A stretch of 61,117 nucleotides of DNA from a virus (lineage: Duplodnaviria > Caudoviricetes): the IMG/VR virus record IMGVR_UViG_3300030330_002046, positions 1 through 61,117 of that record; one strand, given 5' to 3'. Every line of letters starts with the position of its first letter. Positions within the stretch are counted from its first letter, which is position 1. Made by a program: the position numbers and the translations under genes. Shown here piece after piece: positions 9,143 to 20,015 of this stretch. The notes under the pieces were generated by a model. That model saw only the letters and a list, made by a program, of their open reading frames with translations, did not search any database and had not been told where the DNA came from.

Positions 9143-9524
9143 AACTCAGGTTTGTACCGGGTGCAAAAAACCAAAGCCATTAAAAGATTATTGGACTGCG
9201 GGAATTGTAAAAGGTAAAAGGTATAAAAGAAAAAGGTGTAAGGTTTGCTACAATAAAACAAAATATAACTACAAATTTAGAATGCGTAAGTGGTTTCAGG
9301 AATACAAAGAATCACTTAAATGTAGTAGATGTGGTTACTCAAAAGAAAATAATAAAGGCTTCAGCTCTCATGCTCTGCAGTTTCATCACGTAAAAGATAA
9401 AAGTTTTGAAATATCAAATGCTATATCAAGGGGTTACGCCATGAAGAGAATAATAAATGAAATAAAAAAGTGTGTCGTACTATGTGCGAGATGTCACGCT
9501 GAACATCACGATACTCGAATATGA
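9132..9524 (+). CDS. HNH endonuclease with N-terminal zinc finger
   Basis: CTGC...CKVC; CSRCG...ALQFHH...KCVVLCARCHAEHH. Confidence 0.85.
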   Translation: MKSETQVCTGCKKPKPLKDYWTAGIVKGKRYKRKRCKVCYNKTKYNYKFRMRKWFQEYKESLKCSRCGYSKENNKGFSSHALQFHHVKDKSFEISNAISRGYAMKRIINEIKKCVVLCARCHAEHHDTRI

Positions 9525-9931
9525 GGTTTGAATTACAAGAAGATTTAAAAAGAGAGACTCAAGCTATAGAAAAGTTTGTGAATATGTTTGGAGGTAGTTT
9601 TAAAAAACTTGGTCCAAATGATATTGATTATCGTGTATTTGATTCTAAAGGAGAGCTTATAGCGTATGTTGAAGTAAAGGGTAGATTAAGACCAATAAAA
9701 GAAGCGTACCCTCTTCCTGTGGCAGCAAGAAAAGTTGTGAAGCTGTGTGATAAAAGATTAAATCCGGTGATGATATGGGCTTGTGAAGATGGAATAATAT
9801 ATGGTAAAGTTCCTGAGATGGAAGGCTCTGTAAGATGGGGTGGTAGAAAGCCACGGCTACATTCAGTTAATGATGAAGAGCTTATGATATACTATGAAAA
9901 ACAAAAAGCTTTTAAGTATGTACGATATTGA
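9521..9931 (+). CDS. PD-(D/E)xK-family nuclease-like protein
   Basis: DIDY...AYVEVKGR. Confidence 0.7.
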   Translation: MRFELQEDLKRETQAIEKFVNMFGGSFKKLGPNDIDYRVFDSKGELIAYVEVKGRLRPIKEAYPLPVAARKVVKLCDKRLNPVMIWACEDGIIYGKVPEMEGSVRWGGRKPRLHSVNDEELMIYYEKQKAFKYVRY

Positions 9932-10013
9932 AGATGAGCCTAACATAAAAGAATTTATTATTGTCTTTATTATAAACTTTATTATAATCTATGGATTGTA
10001 TAAAATATTTTAG

Positions 10014-10021
10014 TATATTTG
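10014..10021 (+). promoter_or_regulatory. TAnnTTTG promoter element driving a candidate sRNA
   Basis: TATATTTG with no downstream ORF before the terminator at 10067-10096. Confidence 0.6.
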
Positions 10022-10026
10022 AACCA

Positions 10027-10096
10027 CAATCTCTCTATGATTGTTATAAGTTTTTTGTTTGCTATGAGGAGTCCGTTTAAACGGACTCCTTTTTTT
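10027..10096 (+). ncRNA. Candidate ~70-nt trans-antisense sRNA against the leader of the gene at 60441
   Basis: 10046-10062 is the exact reverse complement of 60426-60442; ends in palindrome hairpin plus T run. Confidence 0.6.
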
Positions 10097-10105
10097 GACT
10101 AATAA

Positions 10106-10321
10106 AATGGGCGTGAGTGAGAGCAGTTAAACTCTTATAATCATAGCTACTGCAGGTAAGACTTCCGTACAAAACCTATGAGCCTATTATAAAATAACGA
10201 GAGTGTGCTGCGTGAGTGCTACATATCTAAATCCTAGCTTTAATTAATATGGGCTAGGTTGTTCTTGTACTCAGGGGAGTTAAATAAACTTGGTCGTCTA
10301 TGCGGCTCCCTTGATACTCTT
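10106..10321 (+). ncRNA. Candidate structured RNA (two multi-stem domains)
   Basis: Seven nested helices; G-U wobbles favour the + strand; gcgtgagtg occurs in both domains. Confidence 0.4.
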
Positions 10322-13300
10322 TATTCAATATCCATTAAGTCTTGTAATTCTTTTTCAACAGCTTTTAGTTCTTTTGCTCCCTCAGAATTATATAGTACAT
10401 CATACAGCTCAGGTAAATCTTCTTTCATCTGAGCCTTAGTCATAGACCTTTGCTTATTAGTCGGTTTCTTTTTACCTATAGCGTAGTCAGAGTAGTTAAA
10501 AAGTCTGAGTATCAATTCACCCGTATCCATATCTTCCTCACTAATTTTTACAGCGTTCTCTTTCATTCTTAACAACTGAGGTGCAGGTATTCTTAATAAT
10601 GTAAGGAGCTCAGAATAAAGTTGTTTTTGATAAGCAGCTTTTAACTCAGGGTCTTTTACTTGTTTTGCTCTTTGAGCTTTCTTTAGTATAGAACTAGCTA
10701 ATTCTACTATACCAACTTGCTTACCTACATCCGCAGCCCAAGGTTTATCCGTAGCATAATCAGCTATACCTTCGATAACTTCTCCAAGTATAAACAATGC
10801 GTTAAGGTTACCTAATAACACAGCTCTTAACATATCTACTTCATCCTCATCATCAAAGTCTGTTAAGAGTCCCGGAAAGCCTGAGCTTACCCATTGGAAG
10901 AAAGCAGGCATTACCATGTGGAACATAAAAAATTCTCTTAAATTATCATTAATACTTCCTTTACCTGCGTTCTTATCTTTAGCTTTAAACTTTCTATATA
11001 GGTTTCTAATAGACATTATCTCTCGTCTAAGGTATTGCTTTGGAGTTGTTTTAAAAGCATTCAAACCTCTAACTAAAGCATCACCCGTCTGAAAGAAATC
11101 TTTATCTTGAATGTCGGCAGACTGCTGAGTTGTTTTAGTAGCTTTCTCAAACTTAATTATAGCATAATCAATAGCCTCTTGCTCCGTAGCTTTAGGGTTA
11201 TTCTTTTTAAACTGTGCCTTATGGTAAGAATATAAAGGCATACCCCCAAGGTATATCGCACCTCTATCACCTGTTCTCACAAACCACATCATAGCGTTTA
11301 TAAAGTAATCTTTAGTTTCAGTAGGAACAAACTGTTTCATAGCTGAGTCAGTATAACTCTCTATTACCTTCATAATATTTTCAGCTCCTCTATCCTTCAT
11401 GTATACAGAGTTGTCTTTAATTTCATTAAAGACTTTACGCATTTCTTTTTTATTTTTTACAGCATACTCAAGGTAGTTTTTAAAACCAATATCAGAAGCA
11501 TATGTAAGAGTTGATGTCATTTGTTTTAAGAATATAACAGGAGATAATGCAACTCTTGTAGTTATAAACACATTATTCATAGCGTTTATAAATTTTGTCG
11601 CCTGAGGATTTTTACTTCCTTGATTAGCTATCTGCTTTATTCTGTCTTGTATAAAGGTGTAAAGTCGTTTCCCGTGGTTTGCCTCTATAGAATTTTTTAT
11701 GATAGGGTTTGTAAATATTTTATTTATATCTCTAATATTTTCAGCGTAAGCGGCAAAGAACTCCATGTCATTTAAGTACGTCATCAAAGCATCAGTACCA
11801 TCCATCGCCATAATTTCATTTGTGTTATTTACTCTAGCTTTAGTAGATGAACCACCTACACTTGTTTGAACAACAGAGTTTTCTCCTAATAAATCTAAAG
11901 CCTCAGGAGTAATCCCTTCTCTATATATTCTTCCTGCATAAAACTGATTCCAAGGCATATCAGTTCGGTATATCTTTTTATATACCTCATTATAATAATC
12001 ATATAAGCTTGGGAAGTATTCATTAACTTGCCAATCAGCAAACTCTTTTACTTTAGGGTCTAGCTTAGATTCTATTTCTTTTGCAACGTCCATAAAGTCT
12101 TCACCCCACATCCTTTTAAAAGTAGGTCTGTTAGCAGGGTCTTTAAATTGATTGTATAAATAGTATAGTTGGTTTTGACTGTAGGTTATGCCAAGAGACT
12201 CTATTGGTGTACTAAACATTGCATTAGAGCGAACAATTTTTTTCCAACCCTTACCATAAATTTCTTGAAACTTTTTTGTTAACACATCATTATACATAAG
12301 TCTTCTTTCTTTAAAGACTCTACTTGAAGCATCAACTTTATCTGTAACCAACTCTTGCAATTTACCCCCGAACAACTCTCCCGGCATTTTAGATATTGCA
12401 TCGATTAATCCTTGTAGGGATTCAGCAGAGTAAAAGAAATCTCTTGTACCTTCTAAAATATTATCTGCAAAAGCTTTTGCTTTTCCTTGTACAGCTTTTT
12501 TATTTTGTTCAGACGCTAATTTTCTTTTAGACTTTCTAAGCAACTCCTCTTTATTATCCTTAGACATATCTATCTTCTCACCTGTTATCTCTGAGTAAGC
12601 TAATTCAAACTGTCTATCGTACTCAGCTTTTTGAGCTTCTATAATTCTAGCTAATTCACTCTTACCTTTTTCAACTAAAGCCTGTAAGTTTTCAAGTGCA
12701 ATATCTAAAGCATCTACCTTTGATGGGTCAATGTTTTCCATCAACAAAGAGTTGTTAATATTAATCAAAGATGTTTTAGCCATAATCTCTGATATATTTT
12801 CCTCAGGATTTTCAGAAAGTTTTTCTATTTCTTTTCTTTGAACCTGCTCAGATAACTCAATTTGTTCAGCCGTAGCATCTTCAGTTAGCCTGTTCTTTAT
12901 TATAAACTGAATTAATTTAGCCGTCTCACTATCTACCTTTACACCCTTAATTCTACCTGAATAAAGCTCTTCAGTTTTAAGATTTAATATGTCTGTTATC
13001 TTGCCGTCTAAAATACTTACATTCTTGGATGTAGCGAACTCAAATACTTCATTTATTAAATTATTTATTGAAGCTCTATCAGCTCTTGTTACTTTATTAA
13101 TAAGGTCAATAACCTCAGACTTAGTATACTGAGTTGAAGGTATTGTTTTTCTTATGAATGATTTTAATATGTTTTGAGTTTCTTTTAAGTTACGTGCACC
13201 TCTAGCTCTTTCTCTTATATCTCTTTTAGCTGTTTCAACTTTAGTACGCATAGCTTGAGTTTGTCTAAGAGGATTCATCTTTTGAAACTCAGTAATCATC

Positions 13301-16300
13301 TCAGCTTGAATAGTTGATAATCCTAATCTGCGTTTTGTCTCACCCTTAAGAGTATATGTTTCAGCCTCAGCTTTATACTCAGGCTGTTTCTCTAAAAACT
13401 CAATTGTCTTATCTGTTATCTGAGCTTCAGATAGCTTGTCTTTTTTAGTGGACTTGTTCTTAGATACTAATCCATCTCTAAACTTATTAACTCTTTTGAA
13501 TAATTTCAATCCTGCTTTAGAGCCGCCTTTTATGTTTGCAAAAGACTTAGGTAAATCACCAAGACCAACGGAAAGCATTTCTTTAACATCTTTTGCTTTC
13601 ATACCTTTCTTTTGAGTAAGGTAATCAGCTATCCTTTCATCAGTAAAGTTTGCGTCTCTAGCCTCCTTTATAAATACATCAGCGTCAAATTCTTTTTTAA
13701 CCTTTTTAACTTTAGGAGCCTCAGTAATTATTTCATTTATAAGTTTGCTGTTAACACCTTTCTCTTTTAGTATTTCTCTTATACCAACCTCTGAGTATCC
13801 TGCGTTTCTTAAGTTTGTAACAACTTTTTCTACAACTTGCTTATTAGATTTACTTGCTTTTTTGAAGGCAACATCAGCCTTCATAGCTGCACGTTCTTTA
13901 GGTGTAAGCTTTATTGGTTTACCACCAAGTATATCTCTGAGTGCTGTACCTAAGAATTGGTCAAGAGTTAAATCTTGAATTTCCTTGTTTGTTAAGTCCT
14001 TGAATTGTTTGAACTGTGACTTAATGTAATCCCATAGTCCCATCAACCAATCAATCCATTTAGATTTTGTTGCTTGGTTTGTTATTGACTCACCTTTATT
14101 ACCTATGAGAATAGCCATAGCTTCTTCAACAGCTTTTACTTCATCACCATTAAATATCTCTAACTGCTCTTTATATGTGTCAGTTTCTTTAACTAATTCA
14201 GCACCTCTGTTATAAATCTTTTTACCTTTCGCACTTTGCTTTATATACTTAGTCCACACGTGACCCATCTCGTGAATGGCTGTGTTGTATAAAGCTGAAC
14301 TTGAATTGTGAACATCAGGGTTTATAAATATCTCTCCGTTAGCAGTAACACCATATATAACATCACCGTCTTTTAAATATTTCTTCACACCGTCACGCTC
14401 CATCACACTATTAAAAGTCTCTGCATCAACAACCATGTTGGTCTCAGGGAATGAGCGTTGTAAGAAGTCTATAAATCTACTGTCCGGGTTTACACCTATA
14501 GGTGTGCCAAGAAATTCTTTATTAACTAATCCTGCTTGAACAGGTATAGTTTGAACTAATCTTGCTGCATCACTTCTTGACCCTCTCTCACCGGTAATCT
14601 CTTCTGCAATACCTAAAGCCACATTATTGTATGCTGAAGGAATTAAGTCAACTATTGATATAGGTTGTTTTAATATACCAAGTACTTGTCCTTTTGGTCC
14701 AAAAGGGTAGTTAGGATGGTTTGTTCTAATTGTCTGAGGGTTTTTAACGTCAATAGATGTAACCATAAACGCACTTCTTTGAGGTACGTTTGCGAGCTCA
14801 GGCTCTGTTATTACATCTGCAATCTTTTTAATGTTAAACTTATTTATATCTTGCTGAGAAGGGTTGTCACCATACAATGCTTTCAATACAGGCTTTTTAC
14901 TTTTACCCGGCTGCTTCTTTAATACATTAAAATTACCTGTTGTTATAAGGTTTGTTATCTGAGCTACCGATGTTATACCTTTTAGTGACTGTAAGCTTTC
15001 AGTAGATAATATATCCTCAATAGATTTAGCTTTTGATTGCTTAATCATATCTTGAACATCCTGTATTTCTCCAATAAATTTAGAGTAGTTTTTAATAGTA
15101 AGACCTGATGCTTTTTTACCACGCATCGTAAGACCTGTATCAACTACTTTTTTATACTTATCCTTAAGATTTGATAGCTCTTCATTTAAAGCTTTTAGAG
15201 CGGCTATTTTATTTTTAGCAGGGAATGATGCCAAGTTGTCCTTAATAACTCTTATTAAAGCTTCATTACTCTTCATACTATCATTACCCATCTTAACAAT
15301 AACCATAGGAATATGACCGTCAGGTAAAACACCTTCAGCCCAAAGCTTGTCGAATTTAGGTTTATTGTTTTCGTATATCTTTATAGCTGAGTTTTTTTGG
15401 TTGTTAACTTTATCTTGAGTAACACTAGCCCAAGCTATATTCTCGTGACCTTTGACAGAGCTAAATCCTAAACCACCTTTTAGATTTATTATTTCATTTC
15501 CTGTAAATGGATTTGTTACCGAGTAGTTTTGGTTTACATCAGTAACATTTGGGTTGTAGTTACCCGTTGTTAATTGGTCTGATATGTTCAACATTACCGG
15601 AACATTATCAAGTGTTTTTATATCTATCTCCTTGAAGTTACCACCGGTTCTTTGATTCAAAGCCTCAATATTTATTTGAGAAGGCGTAGCTTCAGTCTCC
15701 TTAATCTCACTTACATTTATAAAGTTGTCAGCTCTTTCATTTAATGTTTCTAATATCTGAGCTTCCTTAGCATCTGTTTCTGTATTTTGAGATTCAGTAA
15801 GAGTAGTAAGAGGTTTTCTTCTAAACTCAGGAACTGATTTTTTAGCTTGTTTAATATCTGACTTCATCTCAGATTTAGCAACCCTTATATCATCCTTGTA
15901 TGTGCCAATAATATCTTTTTGTTCTTGCTTAAAATCTTCAAGCTCAGCTTTCAACTCTTCTATAGACTCAAGCTTATCATCTTTTGATAGGCTCTTATCC
16001 TTTCTTACATCAGCAATTTTAGCTTTTATTTCAGCTATACCTTCTTTGGTATTACTTTCCTCTACAGTAATTTCTTCCTGCAGTTCTTCAATCTTACCAT
16101 TATAAAACTCTTCAATTTTTTCTATATTAGATTGAACTGATTCAGGAGCTTTTTCCGTTGTAGTTATTTCATCAAGCTCTGATAAATCTATATTCTCATC
16201 TGCTTTAATTGCATCTACCTCTGTTTTTACTTCAGGTGATAACTCTTCTACATCATCTGTTGTTATTTGCTCATCAATAGAAGCTAAGTCAGTCGTTGGT

Positions 16301-18198
16301 TGTTTAGGAGTTGGGTCGTTATTAATAGTAAAATTTACGGTGTTATTAACAGGGTAGTTGCCTTCACCATCATTAGTTTTTTTTATTTGATTATCTCTTT
16401 CTTTGCTAAATTCACTTATATATTTACTAACCTCTATTGGACCCTCAACAGTTACACTTGTTAGTAATAACCCGTCTTTTGAAAACGTATTAATTTTATA
16501 TGTACCATTAGGCTGAGCCTCAGCTTTTATGTCAAAAACTTTATTGAAAATTTCTTGTCTAGGTAAATTACTTTTTAGACCTGAAATTTCTTGCATAACT
16601 TTTTCAATTAAAGTTATAGGTGTATTTGCTCTATCTATAACACCCTCTAAATATTTTCGAGCTGCTTTAGGATTAAGCTCACCGCTTTCAATCTTTTTAT
16701 TTATATCAGTAAGTAAAGACCAAGCTTGCTCTTTTTCAGCTTCATTAAACTCTGTAAATTGTTTATTAAAAACAGACTTACCTTGAGCTATCTTAGACGC
16801 TAAACCAACTGCTCTAAAACCTATAACATATTTTAAAGCATCAGCCATACCATCTTTAAAAGACTCTGCGGTAAGTTCACCCTTAGGATTTTTAAGAGTT
16901 GGAGTAGTTGCGTTAATATAACCAAATGTACCTACCTCACCACCAAAACCAAATGACTCACCTACTGCACTTAATATCCTAGAATCATTCAAACCTCTTG
17001 ACCCTAAAACACCTGTAACACCTTTTTGTGAAACACTCTTAATTCCATCTGTTTTTAAGGCTGTACCTAGTCTAGGTATTTGCCTAGCAACTTGACCTAT
17101 TAAACCTAACCCTACACCAAGACCATAACCTTGTGAAAACGCTTCAGGAGATTGAGTGAAGTCTACATTTTCTATACCCCCTAATTCTTCTACTTGGGTT
17201 TGAAAATTTTTTGCAGTTTCAAAAAAACCGAACTTAGAACCTGCTTTATCTAATTGATTAACAACTTTAGGTAGCTGTTCTTGAACTATTCTTGATGCAA
17301 CTTCAGGTTTCATTCCTCTCTTAACTAAAGCATCAACGGTGTATTTACCTGCTCCTAGGATTGGTAGTTTTGGTAAAACCTTTGATGCACCTTTAACTAT
17401 AGCACCTCCAACTCCAACCTCAGGCATAACAAAAAAGTCTAAGACTGTGCTTAAAACACCTGTAACAAATTCATTAGTATCTCCATCCTTATAATCTGTT
17501 ATATTAAACATTGGCTCTGTAGTATACTTGTCTGCTGTAGGAATTATGGGTTCATCTTTACCCGTATACACAGGACCTGAAACAGGACCGGGAGTAGCAC
17601 CACTACTAGCTATCATTCTTCCAATAAGACCTGTAAAAGAATCATCATAAGATTTCTCTAAAGTTCTTGGTATTGTTAATAAATCCTCTTCATCTGCTTC
17701 TTGAGAATAAAGCTGAGGAGTTTTTTTCCAATCCTCTAAAGAAGGAACAGAAACATCACCTGCTTCTATTGCTTTACCATAAATGCTTTGATATAATTGC
17801 TCGTCTAACTCTGTTGGCGTTAATTCTCTTTCAACAGGTTCGTCCGTTTGAACGGACTTAGATATAACCTCTAAAGCTTTTTCTTTTGTTATACCACTTT
17901 CATCAGGACTTATTGTCTCGGAAACATCCGAAGAGATAACTTCTTCCTGCTCTGTCGGTGTAACAGATTCCATAACATCCTCTTGAGAAATAGAAACGGA
18001 CTCGTCTTTTTTTTTTACACCAACAAGTGTTGAAAATTCTTCTATAGACTTTTTGTATCCTTGTTCTTTAAATAAAGCATACGAGTCATTTAAAGCGTCA
18101 GGGTTTGTGTTTATAAGATTTACATATTCATCAAAAGATTTAGTATAACCTTTCTGTTTAAATAATTCGTAAGAATCCTTTAATGCCTGCTCGTTCAT
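10321..18198 (-). CDS. Giant (2625 aa) putative internal virion/ejection protein with zincin-like domain
   Basis: Last gene of the structural block; HEMGH...EEAMA metallopeptidase-like motif; coiled coils. Confidence 0.65.
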   Translation of the reverse strand: MNEQALKDSYELFKQKGYTKSFDEYVNLINTNPDALNDSYALFKEQGYKKSIEEFSTLVGVKKKDESVSISQEDVMESVTPTEQEEVISSDVSETISPDESGITKEKALEVISKSVQTDEPVERELTPTELDEQLYQSIYGKAIEAGDVSVPSLEDWKKTPQLYSQEADEEDLLTIPRTLEKSYDDSFTGLIGRMIASSGATPGPVSGPVYTGKDEPIIPTADKYTTEPMFNITDYKDGDTNEFVTGVLSTVLDFFVMPEVGVGGAIVKGASKVLPKLPILGAGKYTVDALVKRGMKPEVASRIVQEQLPKVVNQLDKAGSKFGFFETAKNFQTQVEELGGIENVDFTQSPEAFSQGYGLGVGLGLIGQVARQIPRLGTALKTDGIKSVSQKGVTGVLGSRGLNDSRILSAVGESFGFGGEVGTFGYINATTPTLKNPKGELTAESFKDGMADALKYVIGFRAVGLASKIAQGKSVFNKQFTEFNEAEKEQAWSLLTDINKKIESGELNPKAARKYLEGVIDRANTPITLIEKVMQEISGLKSNLPRQEIFNKVFDIKAEAQPNGTYKINTFSKDGLLLTSVTVEGPIEVSKYISEFSKERDNQIKKTNDGEGNYPVNNTVNFTINNDPTPKQPTTDLASIDEQITTDDVEELSPEVKTEVDAIKADENIDLSELDEITTTEKAPESVQSNIEKIEEFYNGKIEELQEEITVEESNTKEGIAEIKAKIADVRKDKSLSKDDKLESIEELKAELEDFKQEQKDIIGTYKDDIRVAKSEMKSDIKQAKKSVPEFRRKPLTTLTESQNTETDAKEAQILETLNERADNFINVSEIKETEATPSQINIEALNQRTGGNFKEIDIKTLDNVPVMLNISDQLTTGNYNPNVTDVNQNYSVTNPFTGNEIINLKGGLGFSSVKGHENIAWASVTQDKVNNQKNSAIKIYENNKPKFDKLWAEGVLPDGHIPMVIVKMGNDSMKSNEALIRVIKDNLASFPAKNKIAALKALNEELSNLKDKYKKVVDTGLTMRGKKASGLTIKNYSKFIGEIQDVQDMIKQSKAKSIEDILSTESLQSLKGITSVAQITNLITTGNFNVLKKQPGKSKKPVLKALYGDNPSQQDINKFNIKKIADVITEPELANVPQRSAFMVTSIDVKNPQTIRTNHPNYPFGPKGQVLGILKQPISIVDLIPSAYNNVALGIAEEITGERGSRSDAARLVQTIPVQAGLVNKEFLGTPIGVNPDSRFIDFLQRSFPETNMVVDAETFNSVMERDGVKKYLKDGDVIYGVTANGEIFINPDVHNSSSALYNTAIHEMGHVWTKYIKQSAKGKKIYNRGAELVKETDTYKEQLEIFNGDEVKAVEEAMAILIGNKGESITNQATKSKWIDWLMGLWDYIKSQFKQFKDLTNKEIQDLTLDQFLGTALRDILGGKPIKLTPKERAAMKADVAFKKASKSNKQVVEKVVTNLRNAGYSEVGIREILKEKGVNSKLINEIITEAPKVKKVKKEFDADVFIKEARDANFTDERIADYLTQKKGMKAKDVKEMLSVGLGDLPKSFANIKGGSKAGLKLFKRVNKFRDGLVSKNKSTKKDKLSEAQITDKTIEFLEKQPEYKAEAETYTLKGETKRRLGLSTIQAEMITEFQKMNPLRQTQAMRTKVETAKRDIRERARGARNLKETQNILKSFIRKTIPSTQYTKSEVIDLINKVTRADRASINNLINEVFEFATSKNVSILDGKITDILNLKTEELYSGRIKGVKVDSETAKLIQFIIKNRLTEDATAEQIELSEQVQRKEIEKLSENPEENISEIMAKTSLININNSLLMENIDPSKVDALDIALENLQALVEKGKSELARIIEAQKAEYDRQFELAYSEITGEKIDMSKDNKEELLRKSKRKLASEQNKKAVQGKAKAFADNILEGTRDFFYSAESLQGLIDAISKMPGELFGGKLQELVTDKVDASSRVFKERRLMYNDVLTKKFQEIYGKGWKKIVRSNAMFSTPIESLGITYSQNQLYYLYNQFKDPANRPTFKRMWGEDFMDVAKEIESKLDPKVKEFADWQVNEYFPSLYDYYNEVYKKIYRTDMPWNQFYAGRIYREGITPEALDLLGENSVVQTSVGGSSTKARVNNTNEIMAMDGTDALMTYLNDMEFFAAYAENIRDINKIFTNPIIKNSIEANHGKRLYTFIQDRIKQIANQGSKNPQATKFINAMNNVFITTRVALSPVIFLKQMTSTLTYASDIGFKNYLEYAVKNKKEMRKVFNEIKDNSVYMKDRGAENIMKVIESYTDSAMKQFVPTETKDYFINAMMWFVRTGDRGAIYLGGMPLYSYHKAQFKKNNPKATEQEAIDYAIIKFEKATKTTQQSADIQDKDFFQTGDALVRGLNAFKTTPKQYLRREIMSIRNLYRKFKAKDKNAGKGSINDNLREFFMFHMVMPAFFQWVSSGFPGLLTDFDDEDEVDMLRAVLLGNLNALFILGEVIEGIADYATDKPWAADVGKQVGIVELASSILKKAQRAKQVKDPELKAAYQKQLYSELLTLLRIPAPQLLRMKENAVKISEEDMDTGELILRLFNYSDYAIGKKKPTNKQRSMTKAQMKEDLPELYDVLYNSEGAKELKAVEKELQDLMDIE

Positions 18199-18207
18199 AT
18201 CTTAATT

Positions 18208-20010
18208 TTAATAACTTGATGTATCTATTGATGTTGTATTGTCAGTATCTTTTTGCTTACTCTTAGGTAGTTTACCTGATTTAGATATTCTAGCAATAGT
18301 CTCAGTAGGAGTGTTAAGGTTTATAAAGCTATGTATTAATTCATTTGCATTAGGGTTACTTAAAGGTATAGTTATAGTTTTTTCGCCATCAGGGCTAGTG
18401 ATTTTAATCTCATCTGAACCCATACCTGTTTCGTCAAATTTAAATAATAAATCACCATAAGCTAGTTCTAATTCCTCTTTAACCTTTTCTTCATTGTTAA
18501 TATCTGCAGGGTTTAAATTATATTTATTGTCAACATAAGAACTAAAGTCTTTTAAAACTGTATTCTTACTTTTATCTTCCGTTTTTACTCTAGTATCTAA
18601 CAATTTATTATTAAGCTTAAGCTTATCCTCATAATACTTAAGCTCTATATCTAACTTTTCTTGTTCAGTTTTAGCCTTAGCCATATCAGACTTATGTCTT
18701 TCATCACGCACTTCTATTATAGACTCTAAATTACCGATAGATATATCCATCTGCTCTAGCTCTTTTGGATTCTTTTTAGCTAAATGATTAATTAATTGCT
18801 TTAGCTTTTTATTATCTAAACCAAGACGCTCTAACTCTAATGGAGTTTTTTGAGCTACAATTTCTATTCTTTGTTTATCTCCTTCAACTTTTGTTTCAAG
18901 CTCCTCGAACTTCAAGTCTCTAGTTCTATTATAATAATTAATTTCATTTCTTAACTGTTCATTAGCTAAGTCTTGTGCCTCTCTAACATTCTCCTCTGCT
19001 CTTGCTGTCTCAGTAACACCAATCTTAGAATCAATAGCACTTCTTAATATAGTAGCCGCTTCTTCTTCTTGCTTTTTAGTAAGTAATGGTTGGGTTGCAC
19101 CACTGTTAGGATTTGTAGGGTCAGGGACTAGATATATAACACCTTCTTCAGGCTTATCAGGCAACTCGTTTCTATCTAGTTCAACAAACTTATAGTCAAC
19201 ATTAGCTCTATCAGTTAGTATACTAGCCGCATTATGAGTGTTAACTAATTCTCTTTGAACTAAATCGTTAGTGGCTTTTATAAAGTTCTCATTTTTCTTT
19301 AAATCATCTATGTCTTTAACATTCCCTTCCATAAGTATCTTCTTATACTCATTAGTATATGAAGAACTTATGGTATCAGCAAACTTGTTAACGTCATACT
19401 TATCTATCTTTCTTTCTACAGTGTTTTTCAAAGTAAATATTGACTTTCTGTCATTCATGTCTGTAGACATAACAAGATTACCTGAGCCATCATCAACCAT
19501 CTTAGCAACTGACATCTGACCTGTAAGAGGGTCTATATATATACTTGAGTTGGCAGGGTCACCAAAGGCTTGTATTTTTTCGTTTTGATAAATTTCTTCT
19601 GCTGATGCTAAGCCTGAGTTAGCTCTTTCTAAACTAGCTGCATAACTTTCATTAAATCTTTTTGATACATCAAACATATCCTCAGTACCCTGCTTAAGAT
19701 TTGCACGCATAGACATATATTGTCTCAGAGGTAGCTGACCTGATTTAAGTTTTTTATCTAAATCAAGCATATATGCAGATGCATCAGAAGCAAATCTTGC
19801 CATCCTTTCATTAGCACCATCGTGCTGACCTTGAGGAGCATCATTAAAAGTACGTATATAATCACGTGATTCCTCGTCAAGCTTTATCTTTAAATCCTCA
19901 CGTCTTTTTTGTTCAGCTAATAATTTTTCAGAAAGATTGCTACTTATTTCACCCCAATTAACAGGTTGAACAACCGGTCTTTCACTTTGCTTATAATATG
20001 ACTTAGCCAT
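18208..20010 (-). CDS. Putative internal virion/ejection protein
   Basis: Helical, coiled-coil rich; podovirus gene order. Confidence 0.55.
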   Translation of the reverse strand: MAKSYYKQSERPVVQPVNWGEISSNLSEKLLAEQKRREDLKIKLDEESRDYIRTFNDAPQGQHDGANERMARFASDASAYMLDLDKKLKSGQLPLRQYMSMRANLKQGTEDMFDVSKRFNESYAASLERANSGLASAEEIYQNEKIQAFGDPANSSIYIDPLTGQMSVAKMVDDGSGNLVMSTDMNDRKSIFTLKNTVERKIDKYDVNKFADTISSSYTNEYKKILMEGNVKDIDDLKKNENFIKATNDLVQRELVNTHNAASILTDRANVDYKFVELDRNELPDKPEEGVIYLVPDPTNPNSGATQPLLTKKQEEEAATILRSAIDSKIGVTETARAEENVREAQDLANEQLRNEINYYNRTRDLKFEELETKVEGDKQRIEIVAQKTPLELERLGLDNKKLKQLINHLAKKNPKELEQMDISIGNLESIIEVRDERHKSDMAKAKTEQEKLDIELKYYEDKLKLNNKLLDTRVKTEDKSKNTVLKDFSSYVDNKYNLNPADINNEEKVKEELELAYGDLLFKFDETGMGSDEIKITSPDGEKTITIPLSNPNANELIHSFINLNTPTETIARISKSGKLPKSKQKDTDNTTSIDTSSY

Positions 20011-20015
20011 TAATT

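Noticed and set aside
10321-18198. crAss-like virion RNA polymerase
   Set aside because: No DFDxD/DxDGD catalytic motif found by eye
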